This document shows, piece by piece, positions 1-7,065 of a DNA stretch of 42,466 bases. Under the pieces are notes generated by a model that had not been told where the DNA came from, did no database searches, and worked only from the letters and a program-made list of their open reading frames with translations. Position 1 is the stretch's first letter. Every line of letters starts with the position of its first letter. Location: positions 1-42,466 of the IMG/VR virus record IMGVR_UViG_3300012232_000008, one strand, 5' to 3'. This DNA comes from a virus. Lineage: Duplodnaviria; Caudoviricetes. The position numbers and the translations under genes are program-made.

Positions 1-123
1 CCCAAAGACTCGCATGCGCGTAACAGGAGATTTATTTCATTATCATCAAGCCATCTTACACGAACATCATCTATTTTAAACCGACGTAATTTCATGAATG
101 GGTTCTTCTGTATATACCCATTC
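1..123. repeat. Terminal overlap, exact copy at 42344-42466; indicates a circular assembly of 42,343 bp
   Basis: CCCAAAGACT...TATACCCATTC is identical at both ends and the integrase frame continues through the join. Confidence 0.95.
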
Positions 124-605
124 TCTACGCCCCATTTCATCATAGATTTAAGTACTGTTAATTCCCGGTTAATAGAATTAGGCTTAATCCCATTATTTAA
201 ACATTCTTGAATGTATTCGTCGCCAAATTCATGCTTAATCGTGCGTATAGGACGATCCTTCCACCGGGCTATATATTTATCAATTCGATACATCTCCGAG
301 TCTTTGCCCTTCATGTAACGCTTCACAACCTTATCAATATATTCTTTGGCAAAGTCTTTAAACAAAGTACGTCCCTTTATCTCATTGTCAAGAGAATAGA
401 GCCCCCGTTTATAATCTGCTTTTGTAGTGTATTCATAAGCCTCAGCATCTTTCTTAGTTGGAAACTCTCTCTGCGTACGTTTTCCATAACGTCCGCCAAT
501 GTAGAAATTAGCTACATAGACATGTTTTTCCTCTTGTTTATGAAGAACAGGTTCAGCACAAAGGTCAGTTCGTACCCCACATCTCTTGCACCATTGATAA
601 ATCAT
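1..605 (-). CDS. int: Tyrosine integrase, N-terminal part (joins 41821..42343; about 375 aa in total)
   Basis: Manual translation from ATG at 605: MIYQWCKRCG...FPTKKDAEAYE...KPNSINRELTVLKSMMKWGVENGYIQKNPF-MKLRRFK, open and in frame with the ORF-track 41821..42438 protein; GGGGA SD-like motif upstream; missed by the ORF track because it spans the origin. Confidence 0.9.
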   Translation of the reverse strand, partial: MIYQWCKRCGVRTDLCAEPVLHKQEEKHVYVANFYIGGRYGKRTQREFPTKKDAEAYEYTTKADYKRGLYSLDNEIKGRTLFKDFAKEYIDKVVKRYMKGKDSEMYRIDKYIARWKDRPIRTIKHEFGDEYIQECLNNGIKPNSINRELTVLKSMMKWGVENGYIQKNPFMKLRRFKIDDVRVRWLDDNEINLLLRACESL

Positions 606-738
606 CACGTTCCCCTAGTTGAATGAAAATAACATTATGCGTTCTAATTCTTCGGCAAATATCCATAATCCCATAACCCTACCCTCTCTTAGCGTCCCTC
701 CTACGCTATCGAGGAGTATAACTGGGAAAGCTGGGATT

Positions 739-1251
739 TCAAGAGATACTTTTTTTACGTCCTTTTCGTACCTTAGCTTTCTCCATAGCCAATAATTCAG
801 GGGTTAGGCGGACTAAATAGAACTTCTCTCCACGCTTCCAAGGCTTAACATCTTCTGGAAGCTTCCCATTCTTCCTCATTTCCCCTACAAGGGTAGAGAA
901 ATGCCCGTAAAGCATCACTTCAGCATTAACGAGTCGAGCTTGTCCCGGCTGTAGTTTACTGGCTTCCTCGATAAGCTTAGGCTCAAGAATGCCGCCCCGT
1001 CTGTTCTTCATCAATTCATCAAGGGCAATCGTCTCTCCCACTGTCAAACTATCCTTTAATTCACGCATATCTACACTCCCTCTTTTCTCTGTATTATTTA
1101 TGAAAATTAATAGAGTTTCCAGCACACTTATTTTTGCATTAATATAGGCTTGTGCTACTGGGACATTTCCAATAGTTTTCCCCTTATTTCTTGCCTCATC
1201 GAGTAGCACAATAAGCTCTCTTTTAAAAGCTTTAATCTCTATTGTTTCCAT
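739..1251 (-). CDS. Hypothetical protein with basic C-terminus, possible DNA-binding regulator or recombination directionality factor
   Basis: 170-aa ORF just upstream of int with its own promoter-like element; no recognisable family motif. Confidence 0.5.
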   Translation of the reverse strand: METIEIKAFKRELIVLLDEARNKGKTIGNVPVAQAYINAKISVLETLLIFINNTEKRGSVDMRELKDSLTVGETIALDELMKNRRGGILEPKLIEEASKLQPGQARLVNAEVMLYGHFSTLVGEMRKNGKLPEDVKPWKRGEKFYLVRLTPELLAMEKAKVRKGRKKSIS

Positions 1252-1258
1252 ATGTCCT

Positions 1259-1287
1259 ATAATGCATCATTTTGTCCACAATGTCAA
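1259..1287 (-). promoter_or_regulatory. Sigma70-like promoter TTGACA-N17-CATTAT for 739..1251
   Basis: Consensus -35, 17-bp spacer, weak -10 ending 7 nt before the ATG. Confidence 0.5.
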
Positions 1288-1288
1288 A

Positions 1289-1690
1289 CTATAAGATTCT
1301 TTCTTCTTCATGCTTAATCACGTATATAGTGTAGGCCCATCCTTCGAAACAGTCTTTAAAACGTATCTCCGTTGTGATTGGATCATAAGTGTATCGAGGC
1401 CCTGATAGGGCCCCTGGAGTACTGGGGATGTTTTCCCATTCTTTGTCATTTGATGTTTTGATGTAGACGGTGTGCGCCCCATCTCCTATATGAAATACCC
1501 GCTTATGCATATCTAGGTTTCCTATAAAGGAATCTACTCTATCACCAATAGGGGCTATAGGCTCATTAGGGACATAAGTGATAGCCACCGACGACAAACT
1601 AGATAAGATTGCCACATGTCTTTCTGGGGCCTCTTTCTTATAACAGCCAATAGCACTTAAAAGAAGGATGCATACAAGCGCGTTACGCAT
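1289..1690 (-). CDS. Predicted lipoprotein
   Basis: MRNALVCILLLSAIG-C lipobox-like signal; GGAG RBS upstream of ATG at 1690. Confidence 0.6.
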   Translation of the reverse strand: MRNALVCILLLSAIGCYKKEAPERHVAILSSLSSVAITYVPNEPIAPIGDRVDSFIGNLDMHKRVFHIGDGAHTVYIKTSNDKEWENIPSTPGALSGPRYTYDPITTEIRFKDCFEGWAYTIYVIKHEEERIL

Positions 1691-1691
1691 A

Positions 1692-1895
1692 TTATTCTCC
1701 AATAGACTTAATTGCCACCACTAACATCAACCCCACTAAGTACACCACGCTTAATCCCACAAGCGTTAAGACTACATCCAATAAGCACCATTGTGAAAAT
1801 GGTTTAGTCCATATGGTCACATAATAATGTAGATGCTTAGCCAGTTCAATCCCTTTTTCGAATGTTGCTTTCCATTGTGCTTCCTCGTTAGACAT
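1692..1895 (-). CDS. Small membrane protein
   Basis: AGGAG RBS; C-terminal hydrophobic helix. Confidence 0.6.
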   Translation of the reverse strand: MSNEEAQWKATFEKGIELAKHLHYYVTIWTKPFSQWCLLDVVLTLVGLSVVYLVGLMLVVAIKSIGE

Positions 1896-1926
1896 ATTGT
1901 CTCCTAAGTTTAATAGTCATTTCTCC

Positions 1927-2454
1927 TTAAATATAGTTAATTGCTTCTTGTTTTGTTATGAAAAAATGTACTCCATTTGAACATTCAATTCTTGGGTCTG
2001 AATTAAATGAATCAGGCCTTATAGTCTTTCCAACAACATATTTAAAAGTTTCATCATACATCCCATAGCCTTGTTTCACCTTCTTTCCTTCAAATGTCAC
2101 AATACTAAGAACTTTTGCGTATTCTGCTCGACATTTACGTGATCCATAGGCATGCACTCTTTTGGCTTTTAAGGGAATTTCAAGTTTTGCAATTAACTTG
2201 TCGCGAAGTTTTTTGTATCCAATAATGGTTCCTTCTGGAAGAATTTCAAAAGTGCTTAAGTCGGCCTCTCTCAAGTCGGCCCCTCTCAAGTCGGCCCCTC
2301 CCAAGTTAGCCTCTCTCAAGTTGGCCCCTCCCAAGTTGGCCCCTGCCAAGTTGGCCCCTCTCAAGTTGGCCGGTTTTCCGTTAGAATCATTAATCAGCTA
2401 CAACGAATGAAGCTTTAGAATTTCTTTAAGTTCTAGGTCTGTATATATTTTCAT
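1927..2454 (-). pseudogene. Pentapeptide-repeat protein with DUF5758-like C-terminal domain, interrupted by an in-frame TAG at 2398-2400
   Basis: AGGAG RBS plus ATG at 2454 gives MKIYTDLELKEILKLHSL*LINDSNGKPANLRGANL...; C-terminal GYKK...KCRAEYAKV...CSNGVHFF motif. Confidence 0.75.
2257..2370 (-). repeat. 15-bp coding tandem repeat, 7 full units plus a partial (GCC RAC TTG NNA GRG; A-N/D-L-x-G/E)
   Basis: Read directly from the sequence. Confidence 0.95.
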
Positions 2455-2542
2455 ATAGTTTCTCCTAAGGTTTGATACATAGCCACTCTTATCCACGCCA
2501 TAGCTAAGAATTCGTTACGGTCCATATAATTGATCCAGAAGT

Positions 2543-2722
2543 TCATTGTTTCACCACTGAGTTCTTATCCTTCCACGCCTTCTGCTTGTTAGTGTATTCG
2601 AATGAGTATATCTTTGCCAGCCCATCTCTTAACACACTATCTATCATGTGTAATGCAACATTATCTCCATTATGTTTAAGCACTAATTGGTCTATAACTT
2701 GTTTCAGTAGTTTAAGATCCAT
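2543..2722 (-). CDS. Hypothetical protein
   Basis: MDLKLLKQ... with GGAGG RBS, packed in the leftward early operon. Confidence 0.55.
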   Translation of the reverse strand: MDLKLLKQVIDQLVLKHNGDNVALHMIDSVLRDGLAKIYSFEYTNKQKAWKDKNSVVKQ

Positions 2723-2723
2723 A

Positions 2724-2987
2724 TTATTTACCCTCCATGTTCTTAATACATTCTCTGAGAAAGTCCGCATATTCTATCATAACTTGTTTTGTTTTCTTAG
2801 TAGAATTCTCTATATAAACCGCTTGTCGAATCTTCTTTGAAAACTCTATCATTCTTTCATAGTTACTTACGGCTGAGATAGCGTATTCTCGAAATGCCGG
2901 TTCATTCTTAATTCTGTCTATAAGGGCAAGCGTATCAAGATCTAGCCCTGTCTCCATATTTTGTAAGCACATTTGATTTACCTCCAA
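2724..2987 (-). CDS. Hypothetical protein (start uncertain)
   Basis: ORF track; abuts neighbouring genes. Confidence 0.55.
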   Translation of the reverse strand: MEVNQMCLQNMETGLDLDTLALIDRIKNEPAFREYAISAVSNYERMIEFSKKIRQAVYIENSTKKTKQVMIEYADFLRECIKNMEGK

Positions 2988-3088
2988 CTAAATTTGACCG
3001 CTAAGACTCCCAACAATAGCCCGTTAATGATGAACGCGCCAAACGCGACCGCCTTAATAGTTTGTAATGCTGTTTCAAGTTCGTTCAT
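2978..3088 (-). CDS. 36-aa single-helix membrane peptide
   Basis: Manual translation MNELETALQTIKAVAFGAFIINGLLLGVLAVKFSWR. Confidence 0.45.
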   Translation of the reverse strand: MNELETALQTIKAVAFGAFIINGLLLGVLAVKFSWR

Positions 3089-3108
3089 ATTGTCCGCCCC
3101 ATGTTCTG

Positions 3109-3249
3109 CTAGTATGTTTTATAATCTGCTAGTGTCCACGCTTGCAAGCCGTTTTCCTTTATCAGTGAGTAATTGAACCGCTTAAGACGTTCTAACCATT
3201 CATTAAACGATTGCGCTTTGCGAATACTTCTAATAAATTTCCGGCTCAT
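3109..3249 (-). CDS. 46-aa hypothetical protein
   Basis: Manual translation MSRKFIRSIRKAQSFNEWLERL...; starts 1 nt after the upstream stop. Confidence 0.45.
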   Translation of the reverse strand: MSRKFIRSIRKAQSFNEWLERLKRFNYSLIKENGLQAWTLADYKTY

Positions 3250-3250
3250 A

Positions 3251-3424
3251 CTATTTAACCGCCTTGTTTAGAAGCCGGACAATAGTTTTAGCGAATTCAT
3301 CCGCCCTTACTGGTAATATGTTTTCCTCTATTCGCTGAAGATAGAATAAGGGTTTACCGTCTAATACTATAGTGCGACCGGCTTCTAATGTGAATACGTC
3401 TTTATATTTGGTTTTAGTTTTCAT
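3251..3424 (-). CDS. 57-aa hypothetical protein
   Basis: Manual translation MKTKTKYKDVFTLEAGRTIVLDGKPLF...; GGAGG RBS. Confidence 0.55.
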   Translation of the reverse strand: MKTKTKYKDVFTLEAGRTIVLDGKPLFYLQRIEENILPVRADEFAKTIVRLLNKAVK

Positions 3425-3425
3425 A

Positions 3426-3575
3426 TTAGTTTTCCTCCGTTTCTAGACAACTATGCTCCGTTTCCATTTCATACCCACAATAGAAACAATCTCGTTTTTT
3501 CTTTACATTTGGACAACCTATTTCGTGACAACCTACACCATTAATATAGAGAAAATCACATTGATTGCATTTCAT
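3426..3575 (-). CDS. 49-aa Cys/His-rich zinc-finger-like protein
   Basis: Manual translation MKCNQCDFLYINGVGCHEIGCPN...CFYC...HSC. Confidence 0.6.
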   Translation of the reverse strand: MKCNQCDFLYINGVGCHEIGCPNVKKKRDCFYCGYEMETEHSCLETEEN

Positions 3576-3705
3576 ATTATTTCACCAACCCGTCTAAGGT
3601 TTCTTGATCCACTTCTCGTAAACCGTCGCCATTTGCCATATTATTTACCTCGCTTAGGAAACTTGATGTAAACAACGTCATTAAGGACATACACCACGGG
3701 ATACA

Positions 3706-3834
3706 TTAGAGGGTCACCTGGGCCCACACTTCGACACTATCACAGCGCCAAATGCGGGTGAATCCAAACTGTTCTAGGTTATTGATGATCTTATCGGTGA
3801 TGTTTTGAGCTGGAATCTCTCTAATGAATTTCAT
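3706..3834 (-). CDS. 42-aa hypothetical protein, first gene of the leftward operon
   Basis: GGAGG RBS; MKFIREIPAQNITDKII... Confidence 0.5.
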   Translation of the reverse strand: MKFIREIPAQNITDKIINNLEQFGFTRIWRCDSVEVWAQVTL

Positions 3835-3868
3835 ATTCAGCCTCCGTTTGTTTCATCTGCTACACTAT

Positions 3869-3897
3869 CTTATACCTCATGTATCACAACTTGTCAA
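3869..3897 (-). promoter_or_regulatory. Strong sigma70-like promoter TTGACA-N17-TATAAG
   Basis: Near-consensus hexamers and spacing, upstream of the small-ORF operon. Confidence 0.75.
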
Positions 3898-3920
3898 TGG
3901 ATATTTTAACATATTCTCTA

Positions 3921-3949
3921 TTGAACTATGACACTATATATGATATACT
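3921..3949 (+). promoter_or_regulatory. Divergent sigma70-like promoter TTGAAC-N17-TATACT with extended -10 TG
   Basis: Hexamers, spacing and TGn motif read from sequence. Confidence 0.65.
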
Positions 3950-3976
3950 GTATATAGGTATTTAAAGGAGGATTGT

Positions 3977-4168
3977 GTGTCCAAAGAATGTAGGCGGTGT
4001 AAAGAAAAGAGAGGGCTATTGTCTTATGTTAGGAAGCATGGGCTTATATGCAATGAATGTGTATATACTCTAGGGCGGGAAGCAGAGCAGTTTAGAGACC
4101 AGTTTGAGAAGCTTAAGCATGTGAGCCGAATAACGGGCCGGGTACAGAAGCATGATGGAATTGGATAA
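3977..4168 (+). CDS. Small zinc-finger protein
   Basis: CRRC...CNEC; strong AGGAGG RBS before GTG. Confidence 0.65.
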   Translation: MSKECRRCKEKRGLLSYVRKHGLICNECVYTLGREAEQFRDQFEKLKHVSRITGRVQKHDGIG

Positions 4169-4394
4169 AATATATGTGTTGATATTCAACCATTATCAAA
4201 CTATTTTACAAATAGTTGTGGATTAGGGGGTGTGAAACCCTCGATTCACTCTTATTTATGTAACACTGTTATGTTGGTGTTATAAATCTAGGCTCTGTCA
4301 GGATAAGGGCTTGCACCCTAGTGGCCTTATACATCATATAGTTGTTCCCCCCTGTCTATCTTATCGACATACCTTTTAGGTTCTAGGATACCAA

Positions 4395-4604
4395 CCATGT
4401 GAAGCACCCTAGAAAGGCGAGGGATTCACGGCAAACCGCAAGGCAAGCTTGCTTACTCCCGATCAAGACGACAATGCTTATATTGGCTGAGCCAGCGATG
4501 CTCAGGGACATATAAGCTCCATAGCGATAGCTACGCCTTAACGGCAACATTGTTGCTTTAACGGTCAACGTTTAGTTGACCCTATACATGATGGAAAGCG
4601 TCTT
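4395..4604 (+). ncRNA. Candidate structured non-coding RNA (strand inferred from GNRA-like loops)
   Basis: Nested stems: AAGACG(4465-70)/CGTCTT(4599-4604); GCTTATAT/ATATAAGC enclosing CTGAGC/GCTCAG (4476-4517); TCCAT/ATGGA; GGTCAAC/GTTGACC; GTGAA/TTCAC; CC-GCAA-GG. Confidence 0.5.
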
Positions 4605-4632
4605 AACAAACCCTTCTATTATTGGAGACTAA

Positions 4633-4728
4633 ATGAATGTTTATTCTTATATTCAAACCGAGATAGATCTAGATGATCTAACGAGGGAATACCAAGCTTT
4701 TGTTAAACAAATGATGGCCGAGCAATAG
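4633..4728 (+). CDS. 31-aa acidic peptide
   Basis: GGAG RBS; MNVYSYIQTEIDLDDLTREYQAFVKQMMAEQ. Confidence 0.35.
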   Translation: MNVYSYIQTEIDLDDLTREYQAFVKQMMAEQ

Positions 4729-5040
4729 ATTGTGGGATAGGTGAATTGAAGATGTAACCAGACTATTTAGTCTGTTTAGCTTACATATCATGTAGTATGC
4801 TGTTGATTTTAGATGTATTTCATGTTGTTGTAGACGGAATGTAGATGCCCCTCTAACGGTTCTTCTGACTATCCCCCTGTATCAACGGTATCTCAACAAT
4901 AGGCAACGCCTTACAGAGGCAGTGCGCAATAACAATTCTTTTTTGTCCTGGATTTTTTAAGTGATTCCCCAGGCCGGGGGGTGAAATCATATAACCCTCA
5001 AGCATTATCCGAATAAAAATTTAAAAAGGGAGCCCTCAAA

Positions 5041-5478
5041 GTGATCGACGAAGAACTTGAAAAGATGGGTTATATTGAAGATAACGCCACTGGATTCCTG
5101 GAGCAGAAAAATACAAAAAATAACGATTTAAACGGCTCTATTCCCTTCAATGCGAAGGATAAAACCCAGTTCCTGAAGGCTTTGAAAAACCATGGAAATC
5201 AAACAAAAGCCGCCGATGATTTAGGCATTTCTGTCAAGATTCTTAAGTGGCACCTTCGAAAAGACTTGAAATTCAATGAGGCGTTCCACGAAACCCTACT
5301 TGAAATGCGTCATAAGATAGAGGGGGAACTCTATGTGGCTGCATTGGAAGGAAAGACAAGAGAAGCTAAGCTTTGGCTGGAAGCTATGTTTCCAGAAGAA
5401 TTTAAGCGGGGACCTGTAGGCCGTGCGCCCAAGGGTCAGAACTCGGCAGTAGATAAGCTCTATCAAGATAGTCTCTAA
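5041..5478 (+). CDS. terS: Terminase small subunit
   Basis: HTH-like FLKALKNHGNQTKAADDLGIS...DLKFNEAF; directly precedes TerL. Confidence 0.75.
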   Translation: MIDEELEKMGYIEDNATGFLEQKNTKNNDLNGSIPFNAKDKTQFLKALKNHGNQTKAADDLGISVKILKWHLRKDLKFNEAFHETLLEMRHKIEGELYVAALEGKTREAKLWLEAMFPEEFKRGPVGRAPKGQNSAVDKLYQDSL

Positions 5479-6195
5479 ATGGCTGTTGATAAGAAGGCTA
5501 TATTAAGGGAACGCTGCAAGGCTGACTTAAAGTTTTTAGTGACACAGGTGTGTGGCCTCACCCGTTGGAACGACAATCTCCATGGGGGCCTTCAGGCCCA
5601 TCTAGAGAAACCGGGGGACCGTAAGATTATCCTCCTTCCCAGGGGTCATCAGAAAAGCACCATCATCTCTGTCATCTGGGTGATACAACAGCTCCTTAGA
5701 AACCCGAACGAAACCGTGGGCCTTTATAGTGCCACTTGGAAACTTAGTAAAGATTTGCTCCATCAGATTAAGAACATATTAATAACTAGTCCCCTTAAGG
5801 ACTTATTTGGTTCCTTTCAATCACAGGATGGACGCTGGACCATAGATAACATTGACATAGCACAGAAGAACTCGATTCTGTCTAAGGACCCCTCTATAAG
5901 TACCGGGGGGTTGGATACAGGAAAGACTGGGAGTCATTGCAGCCTTATGGTGTTCGACGACGTAGTGACCCCAGAAAACACCACCACCCCAGAACAGGTG
6001 CGTAAAGCCATAGACAGCTATAAAGACTGTCTCCCTCTCCTTAACCCAGGCGGGCGTATTGTGCTTGTGGGCACTCGCTACACAATGGGAGATCTTTATG
6101 GAGATCTCATCGAAAATGAGTCTCGTAGTATTAACGATGTTCCTATAGAAACGGTGGAGCAGCGCCAAAATTGGCGTGAGCTGCTAAAAATTTAA
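5479..6195 (+). CDS. terL: Terminase large subunit, ATPase part
   Basis: Walker A LPRGHQKST, Walker B LMVFDD, coupling motif VGTR. Confidence 0.9.
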   Translation: MAVDKKAILRERCKADLKFLVTQVCGLTRWNDNLHGGLQAHLEKPGDRKIILLPRGHQKSTIISVIWVIQQLLRNPNETVGLYSATWKLSKDLLHQIKNILITSPLKDLFGSFQSQDGRWTIDNIDIAQKNSILSKDPSISTGGLDTGKTGSHCSLMVFDDVVTPENTTTPEQVRKAIDSYKDCLPLLNPGGRIVLVGTRYTMGDLYGDLIENESRSINDVPIETVEQRQNWRELLKI

Positions 6196-7058
6196 TGTTG
6201 CCTGGATATGACATCCTCATTCGTAAAGTGATTGAGAAAGGACAAGTGATTTTTCCAGAGGCTTTTTGCCTTACAGAGGCTGAGAGAGTACAAGCAGCAG
6301 AAGAGGGAAAGAAACTTGAATCCATCGAACGTCTTAAGAGTTCTACTAAAGGCAAGTTTTTTGGTCAGTATCTTAATGATCCCATGGATGATGCTCTTTT
6401 GGAGTTTAAGAGAGACTGGTTTCAAAAATTTAATATCCAACCCGGCACTCTTCTTGCCAATGAGTTTCCATTAGCTCCAGTAATGATTTCGTTGGACCCG
6501 GCTTTTAGGCTGAGGCAGAGTAATGACGATTCGGGTATTGTAGTTACAAAAACTTTGTCTGATAACAACGTCTACATTTTAGAAGCAAAAGGCCTTAAGC
6601 TCAACCCACAGATGTTAGTGGAAGAAATATTTAGACTTGTAGACAAATATGTTCTTGTTGATAAGGTTCTTGTAGAAACTGTTACATCACAAATCATGCT
6701 CATGGATTTGATGCAGGCAGAGATGAGACGGCGTGGAAAATTCTTTGTTGTTCAAGAAGTGAAGCCGGATACAAATGAAACGAAGGTGGCTCGTATCCGA
6801 GGGCTCATCCCCCACTATTCTAATCGACGTATCTTCCATGCCCCTGGGATGTTTCAGCTTGAAGAGCAGCTTATGGAGTTTCCCCGCGGGGCGCATGACG
6901 ACATCATTGACGCTCTTTCCTATCAAGTGAAATTTTGGAGACCTTTTTCTTTTACAGAAAAAAATAAGGATTACCCAGAAGGGTCAATGGGATGGTGGAA
7001 GAAGAAAGCAGAAAAAAAGCCGACAGTGATTGGCAAACTTTTTAGAGATATTCGTTAG
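6195..7058 (+). CDS. terL: Terminase large subunit, linker plus RNase H-like nuclease part
   Basis: FFGQYLNDP linker, ISLDPA, NDDSGIVV, KVARI, FPRGAHDDIIDALSY. Confidence 0.9.
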   Translation: MLPGYDILIRKVIEKGQVIFPEAFCLTEAERVQAAEEGKKLESIERLKSSTKGKFFGQYLNDPMDDALLEFKRDWFQKFNIQPGTLLANEFPLAPVMISLDPAFRLRQSNDDSGIVVTKTLSDNNVYILEAKGLKLNPQMLVEEIFRLVDKYVLVDKVLVETVTSQIMLMDLMQAEMRRRGKFFVVQEVKPDTNETKVARIRGLIPHYSNRRIFHAPGMFQLEEQLMEFPRGAHDDIIDALSYQVKFWRPFSFTEKNKDYPEGSMGWWKKKAEKKPTVIGKLFRDIR

Positions 7059-7065
7059 GAGATTT

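Noticed and set aside
207-626. + strand 139-aa ORF
   Set aside because: Antisense shadow of the integrase N-terminus
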